Virus record (IMG/VR): IMGVR_UViG_3300032241_002220
Span: 25,376-89,375 of that record
Strand: one strand, 5' to 3'
Length of the DNA: 64,000 bases
Source: a virus
Taxonomy: Duplodnaviria; Heunggongvirae; Uroviricota; Caudoviricetes
The notes beneath the pieces are model-generated. The model was given only the letters and a program-made list of their open reading frames with translations. It was not told the DNA's origin and made no database searches. The stretch's first letter is position 1. Every line of letters begins with the position of its first letter. This document shows, piece by piece, positions 44,992 to 54,268 of this stretch. Both the position numbers and the translations under genes were made by a program.

Positions 44992-45064
44992 GGTTCTATC
45001 GTTCAATGGATTAGGACAATTGCCTTCTAAGCAATTTATGCTGGTTCGAATCCAGCTAGAACTA
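44992..45064 (+). tRNA. tRNA-Arg (TCT)
   Basis: Acceptor GGTTCTA/TAGAACT. Anticodon stem ATTGC/GCAAT, loop CTTCTAA. T-arm GCTGGTTCGAATCCAGC. Confidence 0.85.
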
Positions 45065-45070
45065 CAACCC

Positions 45071-45152
45071 GCTCCGATGGTGTAATTGGCAGCCACGCTA
45101 GACTTAGGATCTAGTGTCGTAAGACGTAAGGGTTCGAGTCCCTTTTGGAGCA
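45071..45152 (+). tRNA. tRNA-Leu (TAG), class II
   Basis: Acceptor GCTCCGA/TTGGAGC. Anticodon stem CTAGA/TCTAG, loop CTTAGGA. Variable hairpin GTCGTAAGACG. T-arm AAGGGTTCGAGTCCCTT. Confidence 0.8.
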
Positions 45153-45162
45153 CTTAACAAAA

Positions 45163-45248
45163 TATTTGGCTAAGCAAAAAATTGGTCTTATATTTACGAC
45201 ATAATAAAGCAATTAAAAATTCTCTAACAATAAAAAATTAGTAGTAAA
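45163..45248 (+). promoter_or_regulatory. promoter for the Ro60-like gene (TTTGGCTAAGCAAAAAATTGGTCTTATATTTACGACATAATAAAG)
   Basis: ATG 45249. Confidence 0.5.
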
Positions 45249-46790
45249 ATGGCACGTTACAATTCAAAAGCAACAACAGTTACTCCAACAGTAACAAACC
45301 ACCAAGGTGGAACAGGGTACAAATACGACCCAAAAACAGAATTAATCTCAATATTAGCAACAGGCTTGGATAACAAGTATTATGAAAAAGTAGGTGAACG
45401 TGAACAACGTTTGGCCAAAGTCATAGAAGAAGTAGCTAAAAAAGACAAACTATTTGCTGCAAAAGCTCTAGTGTATGCTCGTACCGTAATGGGACAAAGA
45501 ACAGTAACACACTTTGGTGCTGTAGAATTAGCTAAAGTATTAGGAGGTGATTCTCTAGGTTCTCGTTTCTTTTCAAAGCGTGAACGTAAACAAAACAAAG
45601 GTGGTATTATCTTCCGTTTGGATGATATGCTTGAAATTGCTGCTTGTTATCAAGCACGTAATGAAGGTAAACCATTTTCAAATGCAATCAAGAAAGGTTT
45701 TAAATCCGCTCTTGAATCAGCAGATGAATATGAATTAGCTAAATATCAAGCTAAAAATCGCGATTTATCTTTAGTTGACATCGTTAACTTAGTACACCCA
45801 AAACCATCACCAAGAATGGCTCCAGTGTTTGCTAAATTGATGAAAGGTGAACTTAAACAGTTTAATACTGTAGAAGATAAAAATACTAAAGCTGGTCAAG
45901 AAGTTGCTGCTAAAGTAAAAGAAGGTAAAATTACTAAAGAAGAAGCAGCAGTTGAATTAGCGCAAGCTAAAGAAGACAACTATGCCGAATTGATTAAAAC
46001 ACGTAAAATCGGTTATTTAGCTTTATTACGTAATTTACGCAATATTCTAAAAACAGGTGCCGATAAAGAAATTATAAACGGTGCTTGTGAACTATTAACT
46101 GATCAAAAGTTAATTAAACAATCTTTAGTGTTTCCACACCAAATAGATTTAGCATTAGAAATAATGTTGGATGAATTTGGTTCAAGTAAAGTTAAACCAT
46201 TTGTTAAAGCATTAAACACCGCTTACGAACTAGCGATACCAAACCTAACAGAATTATTTCCAAATGGCCGCACAGCGGTTGTATTTGACAGTTCAGGTTC
46301 AATGTCAACATCTATTAGTTTAGCTAATAAAAATAATGGTTCAGAATCAGCCATTTCAAAAGCAGCATTAATTGCCGCTACTTTAGCTAAAGGTATTGAA
46401 GCCGATGTTTATCACTTTGCTGATCGTTGTGATGAAATCAAGTTTAACCCACTTGATACAGTTAACACACTTAAGAATCAATTTTTAAATAAACAAGGTT
46501 CAGTTGGTTATGGTACTGCCTTTGCCAGTATTATGAAAAAATTAGGTGATCAATATGACCGTGTGTTTGTAATATCGGATATGCAAGGTAGTGATTATCT
46601 TGAAAGAGCTAATTACAAAAATCTTCACATATATTCAATCGATATTGCCGGTTATGGTACAACAATGTTCAAACCAGGAAACAAAGTTTATTCATTGTTT
46701 GGTTATTCTGCCGATATTTATGAATTGATAAAGAAAGTGGAAATCGATCCAAAAGCGTTAATCGCCGAAATCGAAGCAATAGAAATTTAA
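45249..46790 (+). CDS. rsr: Ro60-like TROVE domain + vWA domain RNA-binding protein
   Basis: 513 aa. N-terminal QGGTGYKYDPKTELISILATGLDNKYYE resembles the TROVE signature. C-terminal TAVVFDSSGSMS is a vWA MIDAS DxSxS. Domain order as in Ro60/Rsr. Confidence 0.6.
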   Translation: MARYNSKATTVTPTVTNHQGGTGYKYDPKTELISILATGLDNKYYEKVGEREQRLAKVIEEVAKKDKLFAAKALVYARTVMGQRTVTHFGAVELAKVLGGDSLGSRFFSKRERKQNKGGIIFRLDDMLEIAACYQARNEGKPFSNAIKKGFKSALESADEYELAKYQAKNRDLSLVDIVNLVHPKPSPRMAPVFAKLMKGELKQFNTVEDKNTKAGQEVAAKVKEGKITKEEAAVELAQAKEDNYAELIKTRKIGYLALLRNLRNILKTGADKEIINGACELLTDQKLIKQSLVFPHQIDLALEIMLDEFGSSKVKPFVKALNTAYELAIPNLTELFPNGRTAVVFDSSGSMSTSISLANKNNGSESAISKAALIAATLAKGIEADVYHFADRCDEIKFNPLDTVNTLKNQFLNKQGSVGYGTAFASIMKKLGDQYDRVFVISDMQGSDYLERANYKNLHIYSIDIAGYGTTMFKPGNKVYSLFGYSADIYELIKKVEIDPKALIAEIEAIEI

Positions 46791-46813
46791 AATTTTCCAA
46801 TAAAGTAAAATGA

Positions 46814-46838
46814 CTGGGTGTTTCTACACCCGGTTTTT
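46814..46838 (+). terminator. rho-independent terminator after the Ro60-like gene
   Basis: CTGGGTG-tttcta-CACCCGG + TTTTT. Confidence 0.65.
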
Positions 46839-47035
46839 ATTTAAAGTTCTTTGAAATATTATACTATAGTAAGGGTTTGTGAGGTACTTCGTATTTATAA
46901 ACTAGCTTAGAAATAAGCATTTTAATTATACACATATCAGATAAAAACCTCGTACTAGGTGCCTCTTGAAAATAACCAACAACAAGAGCAAATAAGTACA
47001 AACTCACCCCAGTAATCTTAGTATATTTTTTTTTT

Positions 47036-47120
47036 GCCTGGGTGTCGTAAAGGTAGCCGAGGTGGACTTAAAATCCACTGAACTGTAAGGTTCGTGCGGG
47101 TTCGATTCCCGCTCCAGGTA
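47036..47120 (+). tRNA. tRNA-Leu (TAA), class II
   Basis: Anticodon stem GTGGA/TCCAC, loop CTTAAAA. Variable hairpin GAACTGTAAGGTTC. T-arm GCGGGTTCGATTCCCGC. Acceptor GCCTGGG/TCCAGGT has G-U at both ends. Confidence 0.75.
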
Positions 47121-47122
47121 CT

Positions 47123-47584
47123 ATGAAAAAAGCAATTTATCTAGACGACGTCAGAACACCAATCAATGGTGATGTTGAATGGATTGTGGTTAGAAATTAT
47201 AATGAATTTGTATCTAAAGTTCAAGAAATTGGATTGGAAAATATTGATGTAATTTCTTTAGATCATGATCTTGGGGATAGTGCTATGAATGAATATTTTA
47301 AAAATGTTGCTCCTAATTATACTTTGGATTACAATAATATTACCGAAAAAACGGGATATGATTGTGCAAAATGGTTAGTTGAATATTTTTATATAAAAAA
47401 TCCTAATTGGAAATATAAAAGTAGAGATGTTAAACAAGGAAGTCTATTTCGATTTCCAAAAGTATTTACCCATTCAGCTAATCCTATAGGTTCAGCTAAT
47501 ATTATGGGTTATATAAATAATTTTTTAATGAATGAAGTTCAAAGCCAAACCTGTGTAAGAGTTCAAATTCAACACACAATTTAA
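47123..47584 (+). CDS. hypothetical protein
   Basis: 153 aa. ATG 3 nt after tRNA-Leu(TAA). Confidence 0.5.
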   Translation: MKKAIYLDDVRTPINGDVEWIVVRNYNEFVSKVQEIGLENIDVISLDHDLGDSAMNEYFKNVAPNYTLDYNNITEKTGYDCAKWLVEYFYIKNPNWKYKSRDVKQGSLFRFPKVFTHSANPIGSANIMGYINNFLMNEVQSQTCVRVQIQHTI

Positions 47585-47595
47585 AAATTTATGAA

Positions 47596-48051
47596 ATGAA
47601 ACAGTTTAAAACATTAAGCGCTCATAGAAAAGTCGACTTAATACCATACATAAGAGAATATGTTGCTAATCATCCAGAAACAGAAGTTTTAATTGGTTGT
47701 GACTCTCAAAACAGAAAAAAAGAAACTGTTTATGCTATTGTGGTAGGTTTATATACACCTGGAAAAGGCGCTCACGTTTTGTATTCTAAATTTTTTATTC
47801 AACGTGAACGAGATAACGTAGTTCGTTTATTAAACGAAGTATGGAATTCTGTTGAAACCGCAGAACAAATTAAAAATGAAATAGGAATAAAAGCAACTTG
47901 GATTGATATTGACTTAAACCCAGATCCAAAATATCGTTCAAACCAAGCACTGGCGAGTGCAGTTGGTGTTGTAACAGGTATGGGTTATAATGTAAGACAT
48001 AAAGGTAATTCACCTGTTATGACTTATGCAGCAGATCATCTTGTTAAATAA
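47596..48051 (+). CDS. hypothetical protein
   Basis: 151 aa. Stop 2 nt before the tmRNA 5' end. Confidence 0.5.
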   Translation: MKQFKTLSAHRKVDLIPYIREYVANHPETEVLIGCDSQNRKKETVYAIVVGLYTPGKGAHVLYSKFFIQRERDNVVRLLNEVWNSVETAEQIKNEIGIKATWIDIDLNPDPKYRSNQALASAVGVVTGMGYNVRHKGNSPVMTYAADHLVK

Positions 48052-48052
48052 C

Positions 48053-48448
48053 GGGGTCGACCGGTTTTGACAGCAATTGAAGTAGAGAAAGATGATGCAG
48101 GCAGTGTTAGTATTGGAAACACTTAAATAACCTATACAAACAATAAACGCAAACGTAGAATTATCTACTTGGACAATCGAAGATGCTTTGGCATTTGTAG
48201 ATGGTGAATTCGCACTAGCTGCCTAGTTCACCCAGGGGCTTCACACACGCGCCTTGCAACAGAAGTGTATTTAAAAAGGAACTAAGAGGCTTACCTTTTC
48301 AAAAAAGAGTACTCGGTAGGTTTTCAGTCCCAATCGTCCGAGAAGCGGAACTGGTATTTTGTCTAGTTAGAAAACGAGACTAAGCCTGTGAATGAGTCGA
48401 TTTAGACTTATTGTTTGGACGGGAGTTCGACTCTCCCCGACTCCACAA
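48053..48448 (+). ncRNA. ssrA: tmRNA (ssrA)
   Basis: 5' GGGGTCG pairs with 3' CGACTCC-A. The 3' tRNA-like domain GGACGGGAGTTCGACTCTCCCCGACTCCAC matches the tmRNA TLD consensus. Internal reading frame 48149-48226 encodes ANVELSTWTIEDALAFVDGEFALAA then TAG, the characteristic ...ALAA-stop tag. No overlapping CDS on either strand. Confidence 0.8.
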
Positions 48449-48452
48449 ATTA

Positions 48453-48481
48453 ACACCAACATTTCTGTTGGTGTTTTTTTA
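48453..48481 (+). terminator. rho-independent terminator after tmRNA
   Basis: ACACCAACA-tttc-TGTTGGTGT + TTTTTTT. Confidence 0.8.
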
Positions 48482-48504
48482 TCTTTATTATATATTTATA
48501 TATA

Positions 48505-48932
48505 TGGACATCAATAAAATTTTCAATTTATTTGACGAAAACAACGATTTAAAAAATGAGGACATACAGATCATTAACTTGTATGAGCAGCCGTTGTTTT
48601 GGGTTGGTATGTTTGAAAAATTGATAAGAAATAATGGTATATTCAAAAAACAACTTTCAAGTTTTTTACAAGAATATGATCCTGAATACAGTAATGAGGT
48701 TATGAAAGAAACAGGTGATCATTTAGTATTCAACAGAGCCTGGATATTTATTAAGCAAATAAATTTAGAAGAAGAATTACATCAAACCGCAATTAAAGCC
48801 AGGGCAAAACACCCTTATTTATCCTCAGCATTAGAAAAAGCATTGGAACATTTTATAATGCTTGAAGAATATGAAAAATGTGCTCATCTTAAAAAAATAC
48901 AAGAATTTATAAAAACAAATTTGGAAGCCTAA
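48505..48932 (+). CDS. hypothetical protein
   Basis: MDINKIFNLFDEN... The track ORF 48411 starts inside the tmRNA/terminator, so it is trimmed. Confidence 0.45.
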
Positions 48933-49049
48933 AATACCTTTATTAACTTCGGAGACGGGGGTTAAGGGGAAAAGGGGGGAATGAGAGATGGGGGATGAGA
49001 CGGGTGATGAGACCGTGGGTATAACAGTTAAAACAATAAAATATATAAT

Positions 49050-49253
49050 ATGGTAAATCGTGAAATTATTAGACGTAAATTAGAGAAAGTTGAGTCTAAT
49101 TTAACAAAATTAGATTTCATTTTGAAACGTACAGGTAATTTAGAAGAATTCCTTAATACAACCTCTGAAATGAAAGAATTAGTGAAAGAATTAAAAGCAT
49201 ATATTGAGTATGAACCTCGTAGTGCTAATGAAATAAATTCATCTGCTCGATAA
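49050..49253 (+). CDS. hypothetical protein
   Basis: 67 aa. Confidence 0.35.
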   Translation: MVNREIIRRKLEKVESNLTKLDFILKRTGNLEEFLNTTSEMKELVKELKAYIEYEPRSANEINSSAR

Positions 49254-49269
49254 AATCAAAATAAAAGTT

Positions 49270-50058
49270 ATGAATATTACTGCTGAACAAATTCAAGAAA
49301 ATTGGGAAAAGTTAATGTTGATGATTGATCAATTTATTACATTCCCACGTAAAGAAAATCTGGTTGCTTTCTATGAAAAATACCAAAGTCGTTTAATGAT
49401 GATGCCTGCATCACATAAAAAGGAATACCATAATGCTTTCCCTGGAGGGTATGTTGATCATGTTCTGAGAGTAATGGAATGTGCTATTCGTTTACATAAA
49501 GTATGGGAAGATATGGGTGTTGATACTAGTACCTATACATTTGAAGAATTGATATTTTCCGCTTTAAATCATGATCTGGGTAAATTAGGTAGTGAAACAG
49601 AAGATGCTTTCATACCTCAGACCGACCAATGGAGAAAGGATAAATTAGGTGAAGATTATATGTTTAATAATAGTATCCCTTTTGCATCTGTTCCCGATCG
49701 TGGTTTATTTTTCCTTCATTCTAATAACATCCAGTACACATTTAATGAAATGGTTGCTATTCAGACTCATGATGGTTTATATGATGAAGCCAATAAGAAA
49801 TATCTTATGGGTTACCTCCCAGAACAAAAACCACGTACAGCCCTACCTCTTATATTACACCAAGCTGATTTAATGGCTGCTCGAATTGAATTTGAAAAAG
49901 AATGGTTACCTAAATTCCAGAAAAATTTGGAAGAACCAAAGAAGAATTTTACCTTGTCAGGAAATAAACCCAACACTAAATCTCCCAATGCTCAAAAAAA
50001 TAAAGCATTAAGTAATATTAAGTCGGAGGGATTAAAAAATCTATTAAATAATATATGA
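49270..50058 (+). CDS. HD-domain phosphohydrolase
   Basis: 262 aa. H...ALNHDLGK...D HD motif. Confidence 0.5.
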   Translation: MNITAEQIQENWEKLMLMIDQFITFPRKENLVAFYEKYQSRLMMMPASHKKEYHNAFPGGYVDHVLRVMECAIRLHKVWEDMGVDTSTYTFEELIFSALNHDLGKLGSETEDAFIPQTDQWRKDKLGEDYMFNNSIPFASVPDRGLFFLHSNNIQYTFNEMVAIQTHDGLYDEANKKYLMGYLPEQKPRTALPLILHQADLMAARIEFEKEWLPKFQKNLEEPKKNFTLSGNKPNTKSPNAQKNKALSNIKSEGLKNLLNNI

Positions 50059-50333
50059 CAACAGTAATAATTGTAATTTTATCGATAATGGTTGTTGTAC
50101 TTGGGTACACAACCTTTAATCTTCTACGAAAAAACGAAAAACAAGAAGACATCTTGATGGGTTATATGACCTATCTAAACAAATTCTCAGAAATAATAGC
50201 ATATTCAGATAAGAAACTAAAAGAAATAGATGCTAAAGGTTCATTTGAAAGCGATGATGAGGTTGGTTTCTTCTTCCAATCGTTGAAAGCTATACAAGAA
50301 ATATTAAATACTTTCAACGTTAAGAATTTATAG
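50055..50333 (+). CDS. hypothetical protein with N-terminal TM helix
   Basis: 92 aa. Confidence 0.4.
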   Translation: MTTVIIVILSIMVVVLGYTTFNLLRKNEKQEDILMGYMTYLNKFSEIIAYSDKKLKEIDAKGSFESDDEVGFFFQSLKAIQEILNTFNVKNL

Positions 50334-50334
50334 A

Positions 50335-51054
50335 ATGGATACAAAAGTAAAGAAAAGAAAGAAAAAAAATTCTAATGTGTATTTTACACAGGAAACAGAA
50401 AATGCTATTGTAGCCTATAATTCTACAAATGATCCTATTGAACGTAATAGATTATATAATGATGAAATACATCATGCCTTTTTCAAATTAACCGAAAATA
50501 TTATTCATACCTTTAAATTTTATTATACTGAGGTAGATAATATTGAGGATTTACAACATGAGGTAATTACGTTTTTACTATCAAAGATACATTTGTTTGA
50601 TCCAAGCAAAGGAGCCAAAGCATTTTCATATTTTGGAACAATAGCAAAACGCTATTTAATTCTATCAAACCAGAAAAACTATAAAAAACGTGTTGAAACA
50701 TCATCTATTACCTCAATTGAAGAAGATGAAAAATTTTCATATCAATTAGATGATTCAAAATCTACATTTGAAACAAATTTATCACGTTTTGTAGACGAAT
50801 ATGTAAATCATTGTACTAATAATATATTTGATTTATTTCCAAAAGAATCAGATGCTCAAGTAGCCGACGCTATTTTGGAATTATTTCGCAAAAGGGAAAG
50901 TCTAGATGTATTTAACAAAAAAGCACTTTATATATACATTCGTGAAATGATAGATGTTAAAACACCTAAAATTACCAAAGTAGCCGATAAATTATATGGT
51001 ATATTTAAAGAAAAATATGTTTTTTATTTAGAACAAGGATATACAAATTTTTAG
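50335..51054 (+). CDS. putative late-transcription sigma factor-like protein
   Basis: 239 aa. Region AFSYFGTIAKRYLI resembles sigma region 2. Sits immediately upstream of the structural module. Confidence 0.35.
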   Translation: MDTKVKKRKKKNSNVYFTQETENAIVAYNSTNDPIERNRLYNDEIHHAFFKLTENIIHTFKFYYTEVDNIEDLQHEVITFLLSKIHLFDPSKGAKAFSYFGTIAKRYLILSNQKNYKKRVETSSITSIEEDEKFSYQLDDSKSTFETNLSRFVDEYVNHCTNNIFDLFPKESDAQVADAILELFRKRESLDVFNKKALYIYIREMIDVKTPKITKVADKLYGIFKEKYVFYLEQGYTNF

Positions 51055-51084
51055 GTACAATATTTATAGTCAAAAATAAAACGT

Positions 51085-51438
51085 ATGAATTCGTTAGAAA
51101 ACGTAGTTTTTGGCAAGAAAACATTTAGTTCTATATTAGAAGAGATATATGACAATCAAAAGAAAAAAGATAAACAAATATCTGCTTTAATATCTGAACT
51201 TAAACCGTTGATTGAAAGTATAGGTGACGCCACTTTAATAGTTCCGCTTATCAAAGAATACTTAGAAATAAGTGTTAAAAATGACGAGCAACTTATTAAA
51301 ATGGCCACCATTATCCAACGTGCTTTAAACTCCTCATCATCTTCGGAAGATGGTGGTTTAGGCATATCGGATGAAGAAAAAGCTCAATTACTTGCTGAAA
51401 TAGATAAAATACACGAGGAGAATAAAAATGGCAACTAA
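51085..51438 (+). CDS. hypothetical protein
   Basis: 117 aa. Confidence 0.45.
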   Translation: MNSLENVVFGKKTFSSILEEIYDNQKKKDKQISALISELKPLIESIGDATLIVPLIKEYLEISVKNDEQLIKMATIIQRALNSSSSSEDGGLGISDEEKAQLLAEIDKIHEENKNGN

Positions 51439-52654
51439 ATACGGGTTTGAAGCCTTTAATAACATAATACAGAACCAAGAAATAACATCTCAGGTATTGG
51501 CTGGTTTTCAACCAACAATAACATCTGTTCGTGTTAAAAGTATTGTATTAGATGCTTCCCATCCTAGATTTAAAGAATTAGGTGAATGGAATGCTTTGGG
51601 TGTTATTGAATATCAATCTATAATAAATCCCCAAGAGTCTACTACCTATCCTATAGCTTATTCCCTTATTCCTAATAATAAAACATTACCCTTAGTAAAC
51701 GAGATTGTTTTTTTATTAGTTTTACCTGATACTAGTATAGGAGAATTACCATCGCCCACAAAATCATATTATTTTACCTCAATTTCATTATGGAATCATC
51801 CCCACCATAATGCCTATCCTTTTGATTCAAATAAATTACCTTCTCCTCAACAAAAAGATTATACCCAAACTCAATTAGGTAGTGTTAGACGTGTAACTGA
51901 TGGTTCTACTGAAATTTATTTAGGTTATACTTTTAAAGAACGTTCAAATATTCATCCACTTTTACCTTTTGAAGGTGATGTTATTCAAGAAGGTAGATGG
52001 GGTAACAGTATAAGATTTGGTTCAACGGTTCAAAATACTCCAAACAACTGGTCAAGTACTGGAACCAATGGTGATCCTATCACTATTATAAGAAATGGTC
52101 AACGTGTAGATGCAAATAGTGAAGGTTGGGTACCTATTACTGAAGATATAAATCAAGACTTATCTTCAATATATGCTACCTCAACTCAACAAATACCATT
52201 AAATGCGGCTTCTACAAATTATACTAGTTATAAAACAGCACCTACTACCCCAAACCAATATTCAGGAAATCAAGTAATTATAAATTCTGGTCGTTTAGTA
52301 TTTAACAGTAGTGCAGATCATATTTTACTTAGTTCAACTAAAACCATTAACTTAAACGCTGTATCTTCTGTAAATATTGATACTCCTACCACTATAATTC
52401 AATCAAATGAGGTATATTTGGGATCAAAAGATGCTACTGAACCTGTATTATTAGGTGATTCAACTGTTAACTTATTACATACTTTAGTTCAAAATTTAAA
52501 AGCATTTACTGATATTTGCAGTACAGTTGTAGGAACAGCTCCTGGAGTACCATTAGGTCCTTTAAACGCTGCTGCCTCTCAATTATCAGTTACATTAGCT
52601 CAATTAGATATAAATTTAGATAGTACAAAATCAAAATACGTTAAAACAGCATAA
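51428..52654 (+). CDS. virion structural protein (baseplate/tail module)
   Basis: 408 aa. Ser/Thr/Asn-rich. First gene of a co-linear structural block. Confidence 0.5.
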   Translation: MATKYGFEAFNNIIQNQEITSQVLAGFQPTITSVRVKSIVLDASHPRFKELGEWNALGVIEYQSIINPQESTTYPIAYSLIPNNKTLPLVNEIVFLLVLPDTSIGELPSPTKSYYFTSISLWNHPHHNAYPFDSNKLPSPQQKDYTQTQLGSVRRVTDGSTEIYLGYTFKERSNIHPLLPFEGDVIQEGRWGNSIRFGSTVQNTPNNWSSTGTNGDPITIIRNGQRVDANSEGWVPITEDINQDLSSIYATSTQQIPLNAASTNYTSYKTAPTTPNQYSGNQVIINSGRLVFNSSADHILLSSTKTINLNAVSSVNIDTPTTIIQSNEVYLGSKDATEPVLLGDSTVNLLHTLVQNLKAFTDICSTVVGTAPGVPLGPLNAAASQLSVTLAQLDINLDSTKSKYVKTA

Positions 52655-53889
52655 TGGCAACACCTCAACAAATAGATGCTCAACGAGCTCAAGAAACAGC
52701 TCAACGTTTATCATCCCAATTAAGAATTGTGGGTGTTAACGCTACAGCTATTCAAAATGCAACTCCGGGAGAACAACAACCTCAAGGAAGTGCTAAGTTA
52801 AGTGTTACTATAACTAATTTAGGTAAAAAAATTATAGTTGGACTTATACCTATCGCTATTGATATGGTCAAACAATTTATTACGGAAATAGTAGAAAATG
52901 AAATAACTAAAGCAAAAGAAAAAGCAATAGCAGAACAACAAAAAATTCAAGACCAAATTAATACTTTAGAGGCTAAACGAAAAAGTGGTACTAAAGGATT
53001 AGATGTACAAATAGGTACATTAATTGCTAAAAAAGAAGCAATACCTGTAGCTACACAAGCTATCGAAGATAATTTACGTGCTCAAATAATAAATTTTGGA
53101 TCTTTTTCATTTGCTGAACTTCCTAAACAAATACCTCCTATATTAAAAACAGTATTTGCTAGTGGTTGTCCTAATCCAAATAGTCCTACTATTAAAAAAA
53201 TTATTACAATTAGGAATGGTTTAGTAGTATCATTAAATTCAATAGGTAATCAATTAAATACTTTAACTATAGCTATTACTGGTTTATCTTCATTTTTAGC
53301 TATATCTGAAACTGTTATATCAGCTTTAGATATTGCTAAAGCACTAATATCAGCAGGATCGAAACTAATACCCTCACCCCCGGGTGTTCCTGGAGCTGTT
53401 ACTTCTAAATTGGCTGATTTAGAAGATACCATAATTAAACTATTATTTGATGATTTAGGACAGCCTAGATTACCTATAATAGCCGGTTCTATTGCTTCTT
53501 CAGCTTTATCCATTTCTATAGTAAATGGGTATATACAACAAATAGTAGCTATACTTGAAGCAATAGATTTAAAATTACAACAATGTGCTCCTGATTTAAC
53601 TAGTCCTACATCTTTACCTGGATTAGTATCTATAAGTTCCGATTTAGTACAAATAGCATTATTACAAACCAAAGCACAACAAACACAAAATCAAGTAACA
53701 TATAAAGGATTTGTAATTGAAATCGAAACAGTACCATATACTCCAACCGTAAATCGTCATAGAGCTGTAGGTAAAAATCAAAGTGGTATAGTTTTAGTTG
53801 AAACCGAATTATCTTTTACAACAGAATTTCAATTACTTATAAATGAACTTAAACTAATTATTGACGCAAACAATTTAAAAGCTTATTAA
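52654..53889 (+). CDS. virion structural protein
   Basis: 411 aa. Ala/Ile/Leu-rich, possible coiled coil. Confidence 0.5.
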   Translation: MATPQQIDAQRAQETAQRLSSQLRIVGVNATAIQNATPGEQQPQGSAKLSVTITNLGKKIIVGLIPIAIDMVKQFITEIVENEITKAKEKAIAEQQKIQDQINTLEAKRKSGTKGLDVQIGTLIAKKEAIPVATQAIEDNLRAQIINFGSFSFAELPKQIPPILKTVFASGCPNPNSPTIKKIITIRNGLVVSLNSIGNQLNTLTIAITGLSSFLAISETVISALDIAKALISAGSKLIPSPPGVPGAVTSKLADLEDTIIKLLFDDLGQPRLPIIAGSIASSALSISIVNGYIQQIVAILEAIDLKLQQCAPDLTSPTSLPGLVSISSDLVQIALLQTKAQQTQNQVTYKGFVIEIETVPYTPTVNRHRAVGKNQSGIVLVETELSFTTEFQLLINELKLIIDANNLKAY

Positions 53890-53908
53890 TTTTAATATTT
53901 ATAATACG

Positions 53909-54268
53909 ATGGACACAAAACAATTTAAAAAAATCATCAAAGAAGCGGTAAAAGAAGTATTTCAAGAAGAAATGCGTGAAATATTGCTAGAAGCTGTAAA
54001 AGCACCTAAAGCAACTATTGTTACTGAAAGTACTAACACCAGTGGTAATAATAGTATGTTACAAACAGGTACATCAACCAAAACATTAACCGCGGCTGAA
54101 CGTAAAGCAATGTTTGGTGGAATGCTTGAAGAAATGCAAAATGGAACTTTATCAGCAACAAGCAACAATATACCTTTTAGACCCGTACCTGGTAGAGACA
54201 CCACAAGTGGCGCTTTACCTCCAGGCGAAGTTGATTTTAGTCAAATAATGGGATTAATGAGTAAATAA
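53909..54268 (+). CDS. hypothetical structural-module protein
   Basis: 119 aa. Confidence 0.45.
   Translation: MDTKQFKKIIKEAVKEVFQEEMREILLEAVKAPKATIVTESTNTSGNNSMLQTGTSTKTLTAAERKAMFGGMLEEMQNGTLSATSNNIPFRPVPGRDTTSGALPPGEVDFSQIMGLMSK

Noticed and set aside
46843-47035. Y RNA with a long terminal stem downstream of the Ro60-like gene
   Set aside because: I looked for a 5'/3' complementary stem around GGGTTTGTGAGG...AACTCACCCC, but the arms are not complementary in the right orientation. Only the TTACTTCG motif is noted.
48411-48504. N-terminal 31 codons of track ORF 48411..48932
   Set aside because: They overlap the tmRNA 3' domain and its terminator. The CDS was trimmed to ATG 48505.
53250-54204. 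Antisense ORFs 53250..53672 (-) and 53962..54204 (-)
   Set aside because: They lie inside long + strand structural genes. Low-complexity translation.
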